Shown: positions 1-11,524, counted from the first letter of the stretch. The stretch: 23,506 nucleotides of DNA from Geosiphon pyriformis uo1 (GCA_016748015.1 JAAOMT010000250.1:1-23506); one strand, 5' to 3'. Notes: generated by a model not told the origin, from the letters alone. Program-made: numbers and translations.

Positions 1-248
1 TAGTGCTTGGACTTCGATGGAGCTCAGTCTTGAGGAGAAGATTATGTTACCAGTAGAATTTTAGCTATTAATTAGCATGAAATTACCCTTATAATTTCTA
101 TAATTCATTAATATATTAATATTATTTCAAATTATCATTTATTATTTAATCAATTATCACATATCATGATTCAATTAAAATAGTCTAATTAGTATAACAG
201 AAAGTAAGATGATCAAATTACACAATACCCTGAACTTTGTAACATTCA

Positions 249-429
249 AAAATTCGCCGAAATTTACAGAAATTCGCCGAAATTTATAAGAAATTCGCCG
301 AAATTATGAATAGTTCACCCAAATTAATCAATAGTTCAGTGAAATAACTTGTAGTTCATCAAAATATATCTTTAGTTTGCTGGAATTTGGGCAAAAAAAA
401 AAAAAAAAGTGCAAGTTCATAAACTAGTA
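249..429. repeat. Array of ~7 degenerate 20-21-bp repeats (core AAATTCGCCGAAATT) followed by poly-A and ...AAGTTCATAAACTAGTA; probable subterminal repeats or terminus of a DNA transposon extending left of the window
   Basis: Three near-identical copies (aaattcgccgaaatt at ~250, ~270, ~291), then four more diverged copies (tagttcacccaaatt, tagttcagtgaaat, tagttcatcaaaat, tagtttgctggaatt). The transposon-terminus interpretation is inference. Confidence 0.6.
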
Positions 430-747
430 CTACAACAAGTTGTATAAAAGAAAAGCTTTTCTCTTCTGAAAAATGTATCTTACTTTAGATTTATTACTTA
501 GAACCATTTCTACACACACAAAAAGAAATAAATACCAAATAATTTGAAAAACCAAATTCTTTAATTATTGCCCTTAGAAAATCCCCAAAAACCAACTAAC
601 ATTTCGAAATTGATTAGCTACCAATTTCAGTAAACTGTTAGTGACTTCAGGCCTGGATAGAAAACGTTTCTCTTGACAAAATTCTATTTCTTTTACATTT
701 TTTTTATTTTCTTTTATTTTTCTTACTATAATTATTAAGGTAGCCTA

Positions 748-865
748 CAGACAAGATTCCTGTAGAAGAGTTGACTTTTACAGCAAAGTAACTACACATT
801 TTTAGTAAGCTTCCAGACAAGCAATTCCTGGGAAAGAGTTGACATTTACTACAACGTAACTACAT
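748..865. repeat. Imperfect direct duplication, ~50-bp core, 66-bp period
   Basis: cagacaag-attcctgtagaagagttgac-ttttacagcaaagtaactaca (748) vs cagacaagcaattcctgggaaagagttgacatttactacaacgtaactaca (814). Confidence 0.75.
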
Positions 866-1029
866 AAAGTAACTGGCAAGGAATTGGTCATTCTATTTAT
901 AAGCCCAGCAGTTCAAATTATAGGAGATAATTTAAAGATAAATTCAGTTATTGGAGGTTTAACTACTTCCTGAAAACGTAAATTCACAGCAAATCAACAT
1001 TACTAACATTTAAGAAAAGAGACCAAAAA

Positions 1030-1776
1030 CCTCCAGTAACAATGTCTTTTTCAAATGCTAATTCTCTTAATAGTCTTGACTTGCCAATACTACTGGCTTG
1101 TATGAGTGATATGTACAGAACATAGAACTGTTACAGCATCTATATACTAGCACACTGTTCTAAATGATGAAAAAATACATTAACGTAGTCCTTTCAAGGC
1201 TTTATTAGAGTATTCTTAAATATGTTTTTCAATACAGCATAACTTCAGTTAAATTCCTGTTTCTCGACTTCACTTTATAGATGGAATGCTTCTGTGAAAC
1301 CAGTGTCAAAATAAAAAACAAAATGGATAAGTCCAAGCCAATTTTACTATGCTCTATTCTAAGTTCATCTTTGTAACAAGTTTATGTATATCCAATAATA
1401 TTCTATTCTATACTTTTCCCAATGTGCATGTTGTAATGCATTCCAACTATTTTTCTTCTGTTAAATTCATGACTACTCTATGAACTCCTATTGCTTTTCT
1501 ATTAACCTATAATGTTTCTTGTCTCCCAAAGTGAATCTTTAAAATGAGTTTATAATCTAGCTCTGCTATGTTTCAGCTCTGTCCAACTAATAATACTCAA
1601 CTGCCTCTTTTGTAATAATATTAATAACTTTTAAACTATCCTCCCAACAAATATGTATTCATTGCTTGCTTATCTTTTTGTGTCTTGTAGTACTCTTTGT
1701 AAATTTTGTCAACAGTGGCATCAGAATGCTGTCAATTAAATTGAAGAACAAAATTCCCGTATTCAACTGGGTTCAT
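1030..1776 (-). pseudogene. Decayed P-loop NTPase gene (resembles the fungal/oomycete 'PYxSLxQSSGxGKSRL' NTPase family associated with Crinkler-type proteins)
   Basis: Minus strand 1124-1056 reads YVLYISLIQASSIGKSRLLRELA (eroded Walker A). In-frame upstream it reads ...KNIFKNTLIKP*KDYVNVFFHHLEQCASI*ML*QF. A possible start MNPVEYGNFVLQFN*QHSDATVDKIYKEYYK lies at 1776. Multiple stops and frameshifts; boundaries approximate. Confidence 0.6.
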
Positions 1777-2199
1777 GTTGTTAGGTTTATGAGTATGAAA
1801 GAGACAAATATGTAGTGTACATGTTTATATCTTGTTGCTCATATTACATTATAGAACAATTGCATAGTTGTTAAATTGTTGTCTTTGTGATTGATGTTTG
1901 ATCATGTAGCATGAAAAATACTATTTAAGTGACACATTTATGATAATTGATATACTTAATTTGTTTGATGTCTTTTTTATAACAACAACTTATAAAGTAT
2001 ATATTTATTAAAGCAATTGCATAAGAGGAAATACTCAGACCTAAAGCTATTGATGAATATTCCTATATTTTGATTGCTTTAGTGAAATATGATTAAATAT
2101 GCTATTATTCAGACTTGATTATGAGTTTGTAGATAATAAAATTATGCTTTATTTAGATATTTCTGGAAAGTTTAAATATTATTAATTTTGAAAATATAT

Positions 2200-4500
2200 A
2201 GAGCAATCTTTTTTTTTTGCTTTTTTTTTAAAATTCTTTTAATAGTGCTGTAATTCTTTGGTTTTATAGTGAATTTAATGTAAATTAGTTTTATATAAAG
2301 ATATATGAAATTGAAATTTTAAACAAACAAACAAAGCTATTAAAATGTTATTTTTTTAGTCACATCAGTTATTTTAAGTTTATATAATCAAATATTTACT
2401 TTGTTTGATTTTATTACAGTTTGTTCCAATTAAATTAGTAACAATTGTGCTATTATTTAACAATACTTTAATTTAAAAAGAATTTATTTTAATAAAAGCA
2501 AAGCAAAATTTAAAATTAATAAGATTAAAACAATTTACTTAAAATAATAATAATAAAAAACAATATTATTTAATATGTATTTAAATTTATTAATAAAATA
2601 ATTTTGTTAAAAAACAACTATTAAGAAAAGAATTAAATTATATTATTGATTAATTATATATTAAGTTATAATTTAATATAAAAAACTATAATTTATATTA
2701 AAAAAATATTAAAACAATAAAATTATTAAAACCAAATAAAATTTAACAACTATTTAATTAAATTAAAATTAATTTAATAAAATTTTTGCTTATTATTACC
2801 AATAATAATTAATTTATTGTAATAATAATTAATTATCTTATTAAATAACTAAAATTTAAATTTATAAAAAAAATTAATATACAGAATTAATAACAGAATT
2901 TATATATTAAGTTTTAATTTGTTAAAATAAATGTTAAAATAACTAATATTAAGTTAATATATATATTTTATAAATAATACATTGATAAAATTAAACCAAA
3001 AATTTAAAATAAAAAAATTATTATTATTATTATATTATTTACAAATTAATAAATTAATAGAAAAATTTAATTAAATATTTTATAAAACATTAGCCAAAAT
3101 TAACAATAAAATCAATAAAAATAAGATTTGTTTAGTTTTATTTGCTTATTAAATAATATATAAAAAAACAACAATATTATTGATAAAATTAAAAATATTA
3201 ATTTATTTAAATAATAAAAACAATATTTAAAATTATGTTTTTAAAAAAATATACAATTTAATAAAAACTTAAAAAAAATAATAGTTAATAATATTATATT
3301 ATAAAAAAAACAAAAAAAAAACATAATAACAAAAATTAAATAAACTAGTTAAATACAAAATTAAAAACAAAACATTGCTATATTATATCAAAACAATAAA
3401 ATAAAAAATTTAATTTTAAATAAAATAAATTATTTTATATATATTAAAAACTTAATAATTAAACATATAAATTATAATTTAAAAACAAAATTTAAAAAAT
3501 AATATATAATAATTACTTAAAATTATATTATTAAAATCATATAATATTAATATAAATACAATAATTAAATATACAATTTTTTTTTGTACATCTTAAAAAA
3601 CTAAAATTTTAAAAAGTTTTTTGTATTTTACTATTTAATTAAATATTTTTATATTATTTTTTTTTAAATTTTAAACTACTAATAATATTAATAATTTTAT
3701 TATAAAAAAAATCAAAAAAAAATTGGTTTTAATTTAGCTTTTATAAATTTGATTATTAAAAAAAAGTAAAAAAGTAAAATTTTTAAAAAGTTTAATATTA
3801 ATATTAGTGTTTTTATATTTTAGTGCTTATTTAGTTAATAAACTAATTAGTTTAAATACTAAAAACACTATAAAATCAGAAAATATAGACATAAAAAAAG
3901 AATATTTAATAGAAAAAACCAGTTTTTAATTTAATAATAAGAACAATTTTGGTTTTAAAAACATAAACTTAATTCTTAAAAAGCCAAAAGTTATAATAAA
4001 CATGTTTTTGAAAAGTTTTTTAACAAGATTAATTTTGGTATTAATAATTAGTTTAATTTGGTCCAAATTTAATTAAATTATTAAATTAAATTTAAACTAA
4101 ACTTAAAATTACTAAACTTAAACCAAATTTAAATTCAAACAACAAGTTTAATTTAAAGTTTGTAAATATATATAGGTTTAATTATTAAATATTATGTTAT
4201 ATTATTAACTAATTTTTTTTAATATACTTAAATCTAAGATAATCTATACTGAAATAACTCATAATCTGTAATAAGTCATAGTATTTTGAATTTATCAATT
4301 TGGTAATTAAAAAATTTTTATGTTTATAATTCATATTTGTAATACTTAATAATTTATAACTTTTTATTATTAGTATAAGTTATTTTAAATATTAGATTTA
4401 GTTTAAATTCTGCTAATTCTGATAAAATTACAATAAAATAAACCAATATTTTTATAAATAAAAATGCTATATAATAATATAACATTATTTATTCAACAAA
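2200..4500. other. Ultra-AT-rich, CpG-depleted block; probably heavily mutated ancient repeat/TE DNA
   Basis: Almost only A/T, no ORF in the track, no CpG noticed by eye between ~1800 and ~4640. TE origin is inference. Confidence 0.5.
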
Positions 4501-4504
4501 ATGA

Positions 4505-4990
4505 TTATTAATTGTGTAAATAATCAAGTCAGAGTTTTAAATTTTTCCAAGTTTTAAATTATTATTAATTATATAAGTAATTAAGTCAGAGTTTTGAATT
4601 GTCTCAAGTTTTAAATTATTATTGATTTTGTGAATAATTAAGTCGTAGTTTCAAATTGTTTTAAGTTTTAAATTATCATTAATTGTATGAATAATCAAGT
4701 TGAAATTCCAAGTTTTAAATTATTATTAATTATATAAGTAATCAAGTTAAAGTTTCAAATTGTTCCAAGTTTTAAATTATTACTGACTTTGTAAATAATT
4801 AAATTAGAGTTTTAAATTGTCCTAAGTTCTAAATTATTATCAATTATATAAATAATTAAGTCGGAATTTCAAATTATTTTAAGTTCTAAATTATTATTAA
4901 TTATATAAATAATTAAATCAAAGTTTCAAATTGTTTCAAGTTTTAAATTATTATTAATCTTGTAAATAATTAAGTCGAAATTTTGGATCA
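4505..4990 (-). repeat. 57-bp tandem repeat array (~8.5 copies), decayed relic of a 19-aa protein repeat on the minus strand
   Basis: Anchor taat(c/t)aa(g/a)t(c/t) recurs at 4521, 4578, 4635, 4692, 4739 (10-bp deletion), 4796, 4853, 4910, 4967. The minus-strand frame reads e.g. NFDLIIYKINNNLKLETI*NFDLIIYIINNNLELKII*NSDLIIYIIDNNLELRTI*. Confidence 0.9.
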
Positions 4991-7547
4991 GCTCTATCTG
5001 ATTAAAGTCTTAATCATACTTTTTTTTTGTCTTATAATTTTATTATGTCTAATAATAAAAAGCATACTATCTTTTTAGCTTGTGTTCTACAAAGTTATAA
5101 AAATACTAGACTTTATAATAAGTTTATAATGGTTGATTAATATTATACAAATAATAAAAACCAATCAAAAACTGCAAAATACTTTAAGGAATGTGGTTTT
5201 TTATACATGAAACAGTCTTTAATTTTGGCTTAAATTAAAGATGAACCAAATTTTTATACATAAACAAATACAATACATAACTTAACTAGCAAGTGTATAC
5301 ACACAATATGTAATTCTGACTTTGATAAAGCATTTATCAATAAACATTTTTAATTTATTGTTTGTTTGGTTGCATTCGGTTTTTTTTGAATACTTTACTC
5401 AAAAACTTTTGGATCATTAATTATTCAATTAATACTAAATTTACAAATTTTTTAATCCTGCCATTTATTATTTTTAAAACTAATATTCAATAATAAATTA
5501 AAGATTTGATCAAAACTCTTAGAATTCAATTAAAAATATTGCTTATAACAACAAGTTTCAAGCTAATTTTATTAAAAACTAAGAAATATATTTTTAATAA
5601 TTGTCTACAACTTTGTAAAGTCTTTTTTTACATAACTAATAAAAAGATAAACAAGTCAATAATTAAATTAACATTATGATAAATAATATGTAATATTTAT
5701 GTTGTTTTTATTGCTGATTTTGCTAATTTAATAATTAATTCCCATTTACTTCAAAGCATAATATAACAATTTATATAATGCATCACATTAAAGAAAGATT
5801 AAATGTTGTTGACATTCTTAGAGGCTTTATGATTTCCGATAGGGTAACCAAATATATGTGTTGAAAGAAATTGTGGAAAAGTTTAATTTTTTACAATGAA
5901 TTTTAGCATATTTATTTGAATCGTTTTTCGTGTTTTGAACTTGGTTTAATTTTTATTCCAGTAATATCGAGAAAAATAAAAAAAATATTCCTTTGAATAA
6001 AATTTTACTAAAAGATTCAAGGCTCTAGAAAAAAAAGGTTAATTCTACATTTTTTCAAATCAAAACTTTTATGATCACAATATCTATTGTTTTTTTTTAA
6101 AAGAATTTAAAATTTAATCAAGTTTATTCAACACATTTTAATCAATAAAACAAACTTGATCCTATACTTGAACAGGAAATATCAATCTTTTTGGATAAGA
6201 CGGAAAATGAAAAAAAAAGAATTAAATTGACAATGATTTAATGATAATAAAACACTGTATAACATTATCAAGTTATCGGATAAAATCATGGAAAACCTAA
6301 TTTTGAATGAGAATTTGGTAATATTTTAAAATTTTTGCTCATAAATTTATATACATTTATTTTTTAATTCAAATTCTCTTTTTATCAACCCTGCTATTAT
6401 AGCAGATAAAGCTATTTGATATTTCTGGTATCAGTTAACGACACATCACTTCCCATATCTTATGACCATTGAGATATTGGTCGAGATTGATAACGTCTAT
6501 TGGCTCATTTAAAATCGTTAATGATGTATCATTTTTTCTTAACCATTTGTGGAAGTTTCTTTGGCTCATTGTTTTGTGGCAAACTAAAAACCTCAAATAA
6601 ATGATTGTCCACGGGAATTATAAACAACCACAAGATGGAAGTTCAAATAATTAGCCAGAACCTGTGAAAAATCTGTGATGGCTACTTTTCATAGTCAAGT
6701 TCATGTTTGATTGGGTAGAATTTTTGAAATAAAGCTTAAATTTATTTTATTTTTTGATTAAATTTTTTATAAATGAATCCATTATTATTAATTGTCTATT
6801 TTTTAATCACTTTCTTACTCTGGAGCTCCGGCTTACCAAACAAATTTTCAAATTTTCAAAATTTTAAATTAAATATAATAAATATTATTTTTTTAAAAAG
6901 TGAGTCTCAAGACTTTTTTGAAATGAGAAACGACCTTATTTTTTTAAAATTAAAAAAAAATTACCATTTTAACGTCTGTTAATTACAAAAAATTATTATA
7001 TATGAGTAAATTTATTATTAAACAAGAGACAAAAATACATTTAAAATTCCATATAAAACTGTTATTAAAGATTTATCAATTAAAACCTGATAATTTTAAT
7101 GTTGTTCTATTTTGCAAAAATTTTATTATTAAAAGATTGAGTTTCAAAAATATTCATCAATGAATATTCAATGATGATTCGCATTGATTATCAGTCTTGG
7201 TAGTTGGCATTTTGATATCCTAAACAAATACATGTATTATCATTGATAGAGTTAAAAATTTAAGGTACAATAGTGGAGTGAGTGACATATAATTTAATAT
7301 TAATGGATGTAATTGCATGATGAAATCAGGTAAGGAGTATAATTTAAGGCAAAGAAGGAAAGAGTTATTTATGGAGTTGTTCTTAAAAAGATAAGAGAAA
7401 ATTAGTACAAACGAATCGACTCAGCGCTTAGTTAACCTATTTTTAGTCAATGAAAAAATTTCCAAATTATCTCTTCTTTCATCAAATGTCTCTTAATCAG
7501 AGTGATATAAATAATATAACTAGTTTTTGAACGATAAACATTATTTT

Positions 7548-7571
7548 AATAATAATAATAATAATAATAAT
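7548..7571. repeat. (AAT)8 microsatellite
   Basis: Directly visible. Confidence 0.9.
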
Positions 7572-7864
7572 TGATCAAGGAAACTTCAATTAGAAATCGA
7601 TCGCAAATAATATCACCAAGGTCGATCCAAACTGACTAAACTTTTTCAAAGAGTAAAATAGTCAATAAGTTTGATCTGGAGTTTTAAAAATGTTGACTTT
7701 TAGAAATGATCAAATTTATTTTGTCTTTATTTACCTCAACTTGATAGAAAATAAGATTTAGCTTTCTTTCAATAAAAACACTTTAATAACATTTCTACAT
7801 CGAGTAAACATTTTGATAAATAAAGTCATGTGGATCAAAAAAATCACAAATGATGCGCATATTC

Positions 7865-7904
7865 GATGAAATTATAAATATTCATCAAAATCATCATATA
7901 AATA
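7865..7904 (+). promoter_or_regulatory. Candidate TATA elements upstream of the P450 gene
   Basis: TATAAATA at 7873-7880 (flanked by GATGAA/TTCATC inverted arms) and a second TATAAATA at 7897-7904, 70-100 bp upstream of ATG 7975. Weak evidence in AT-rich DNA. Confidence 0.3.
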
Positions 7905-7974
7905 ATTTCCTTTGAACTTAAAGACATAATTCATTCAAAATTCACAAAAAATTCTGAATATTTGAGTTATTATT

Positions 7975-10105
7975 ATGGCTTTCTTATACATTATTGCCTT
8001 AATTGCTGCATTTTACTTTTATAAAACCGTATTTTCGAAATCAAAAATCAATAATGGAAAGCAATTGCCTGTACCACCAGGCAGTATTCCTTTTTTTGGT
8101 AAAATTTAAAAGGTTTTTTTCTTTGCAGAAAACTCCAAAATTTTTACTCTCTTTACAAATTTGATTAGGTCATATATTTTTGTTCGGCAAGGATATGCAT
8201 AAAAAGTTTGAATCATTTTATAATTTCATATTTATTAGAATTACATATTGAAATTACCCATTTTATCAATATACATTAATTATGTTCACAGGTTTGTTGA
8301 ATGGAGTGAAACGTATGGTGAAATTTTTGTGTTTCATTTTGGCCCTACGCGTTGGATTATCCTCAACAATCCTAAAGTCATTGACGAACTTCTTCAAAAA
8401 CGTGACTCTTCTTTTTTTTTTATACAAGAGTTTAAAATTATTTCCAAATCAATCATTTTATCATTTTATCAATTAATAGGAAGTGCCATTTATTCTTCGC
8501 GTCCATATAACCATTTGTTCAACGTTTCGGCACGCGACAAGAGTATTATATTATCACCATATAATGAATGGTATAGAAAAATGATGCCGTTAGGTTAGGA
8601 AACAAATCTTTACTTTTATTTTATTTTTTTTCAATATAATTTTCTGAGGTGCTAATATTTAATTTTTACCTTCAAAAGCACACGGTTTTTTGACTAAACA
8701 AAAAGTTGAAACTTACTCTATTCATATAGCAGAATGTACCCACAACATAATTTTCAAGCTTTTAAAGGATACAAATGAATCAGAAGAATTCGATATTTCA
8801 AATTACCTCCGTTTCACATCATTTAATATTATTTTCAATGTTCTTTTTGGAATTAAATTAGAAAATTTTGAAGATCCCCTTTATATAAAGTTAAATGAAT
8901 TGTTTACAACATACATTAAACGGGTTAATTTAAAAAATTTGATTCCAAGTCAGTACCCGATACTTTTTTGGTTTCCTCCCTTCCGAAGTGAGCTTGTGAA
9001 AACTCTTCGATTACGTGAAGAGTGGGAAGCAGTAACGCGGAGCTTGTTGAAAATGGTAAAAAATGATCCAGAAAAGAAACCATCTGTTGCTCAAGAATTT
9101 TTGGGGAAGCAGAGTGAAGGGTTGATTGATGAATTGGATGTGATTAAACTGTGTGAAGATTTTTTTATGGCAGGAACAGTACGTTAAAAATTACATTTTA
9201 TATTAATCTAATTGCCTTTGTAAAAATATTGACCTTTTAACTTTAACTTTATATATATATATATATAAATATAGGAAACCGTGGCAACTACCATGTATTG
9301 GCTTATTGCAAATTTGGTCAATCATCCAGAATTTCAGCAAAAAGCTCATGAAGAATTAGATAGAGTAGTTGGGCATGAACGTTTGCCAACTACTTCCGAC
9401 TTTAGTTCCCTTCTATATATCCAATCTTTAATTAAAGAAACTCTTCGTTGGGCTCCTGTGGTTCATATTTTTTTGATATTACTGAATTTGTTACTTTTTC
9501 AAAAACTCATGAATGATTCCTCTGTTTTCCTAGGTCCCAATAATCTTTAGATACCTTGAACAAGATGATACATATATGGGTTATCACATTCCAAAAAATT
9601 CAACAATTGTTTCCAATATTTATGCCTTGAACTCGGACAAGAATCGTTACGAAAAGCCTCATATTTTCAAACCAGATCGATTTATGAATTCAAAAGAAAG
9701 TTTCGCTATTTCGGCAAAAGGTTCCTATCAAAACCGAGATCATTATACATTTTCGGTTGGAAGACGAATATGTACCGGAATTTATTTAGTAAGTTTGAAT
9801 CTATATATCATAGATCTTTAAGTACGGTATCTTTGAAACGAGATCAAAAAGATTTAATTTTTTTTTTTGACGAAAACTTTGAATAGGCTGAAGTCGAACT
9901 ACTTTATCTCACAAGTACGCTACTTTGGGCTTTCAAATTCGAAAATCCAAATCAAGATGCAACGGGAAAATCTATCCCTATTAATTTAAGCACTTATCCT
10001 GAGTCTTTCTTTCAATATCTTATTCCTTATAAAATCCGAATCATTCCGAGGCATCCCGAAACCGAGGCTATGTTACTAAGCAAAATTATCCAAGGCCAAA
10101 CTTAA
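7975..10105 (+). CDS. Cytochrome P450 monooxygenase (fungal E-class, CYP64-clan-like), 8 exons, ~514 aa
   Basis: Exons 7975-8098, 8169-8205, 8292-8401, 8480-8593, 8679-9178, 9275-9460, 9534-9788, 9887-10105; all introns GT-AG; total 1545 nt in frame. Motifs: N-terminal TM anchor (MAFLYIIALIAAFYFY), PVPPG hinge, LLQKRSAIYSSRP, I-helix AGTET, K-helix ETLR, KPDRF, heme motif FSVGRRICTG. Confidence 0.95.
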
Positions 10106-11491
10106 AATCAAATATTTCTTGGCGATACTTTTATTATCATTCTAACATCTTTGGTATCATTTAAATTTAACATTGTAACAAGTTTTTTAAATTTTCGAGA
10201 GAATTAAGTTTTTTAAATAACTCCAGTTTGTGATAATCTAACTCTTCTTATTATTTTAAACTTTTGCAAGTTCTGAAAATTGATTGGTTCGATATTTATA
10301 ATAACAACCCATATAAAAAAGCTTTTTAAAATAGTGTGTTAAAAGTAAAAAGGCCGCAGAGTCTAGTCATGACATTACATGTATAAAGTGAATTTTCAAT
10401 TAAAAATAATATATATAGATTATATAGATTATTATGTTTTTTTTATAAGACTTTTACAGAGGGATGAGATGCATTATGAACTTTTTTGGCAAAATTTTTA
10501 CTTAAAAGATATTGAATTTTGGCAATAAAATTTTTATTTTTATAAGAATTCAATTATTAAGTACTTTTTTATTTTGAAAATTGGTGAGCAATCCATTTTT
10601 TAAAAAAAGTGATTTCGGTAACTATTTAAATTGCCAATATGCAAAAAACAATTATTTTTAATTAAAACAACATAATAAATAATTATCAAAGTAGTATAGT
10701 TATTACACATTAACTCGTCAAGACTTAGTTTTTATTCATACAAAATAATTTTGTATATTAGTTATATTTCTGCAAATATATTATTAATACAAAAATTTGT
10801 GTACCAAATATTAATGAAGATAAGACTTGAAAATTTTTTTGAAATATTTACAAAGATTGTTTCAACTATAATTTATTATAATTCTATTTCTTTTCAACAC
10901 TGGACTGGTAGCATACATGATAATTAATTAATTAGAAATAATACTTTTTCACTGACAAATTTGAGTAATTAATGGTAAATTGTCAAAGAATCAAACCTAA
11001 ATCAGAAATTAAACTATAAAAATATGAAATTAACTAACTAACTATCAAACTGACCGAAAATAGAAATATAACTTTCAAAACTATTCACATAGCAAAGAAC
11101 TAAAAACCGAAGCCAAGGAACAAGCTTTTAATGATTGATAAAAAGACTGACAGCAAAAAGATTCAATATTCCAAATGCAAAATGGCTCAAAAAAGAAAAG
11201 AAAATTTGACATAAATTACGATATTATTAGTATTAATCTTTGGTAGGATTTTAATTTAGCCTAAATGCTGAAAAAATAGATAGAGAATGAACTCAAAAAA
11301 ATTTTATTTAGTCTCAATTATTTCTTACTCAAAATCCTGCCCGCCAGTCTTTTTTTTACCAATTGTGATTTTTCTTGTTTTGTTGATTTCCTAATCCCCT
11401 ATAATTGATCGAGTTTTCTTTTCAATCCGAGTAATATTTGCTTTAAATATTAGTCTTAACGATGGTTGCTCTGATATTAGTTAGCACTTTA

Positions 11492-11524
<33 letters not shown>
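11492..11524. repeat. (ATT)11 microsatellite
   Basis: Directly visible. Confidence 0.9.

Noticed and set aside
2-64. Short frame SAWTSMELSLEEKIMLPVEF* at the window edge
   Set aside because: Could be the end of a gene or TE ORF, but it is too short and truncated to support a call.
2731-2748. ACC AAA TAA AAT TTA ACA as an eroded hAT 'TRWNST' motif
   Set aside because: Needs several assumed back-mutations in low-complexity DNA, and flanking residues do not fit.
4505-4990. CRISPR-like appearance of the periodic array
   Set aside because: Units are contiguous with no unique spacers, and the context is eukaryotic with no cas genes.
6773-6982. 69-aa ORF
   Set aside because: AT-rich F/L/I/K/N-biased frame with no motif; probably spurious.
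8248-8598. ORF-track P450 pieces as separate genes (also 8690-9187, 9281-9550, 9576-9821) and the overlapping 8282-8476 ORF
   Set aside because: They are exons plus intron read-through of one spliced P450; 8282-8476 is an out-of-frame shadow.
10970-11200. Stretch with ACCGAA/AACTAA-like motifs, possible decayed TE end
   Set aside because: No partner inverted repeat or clear periodicity found.
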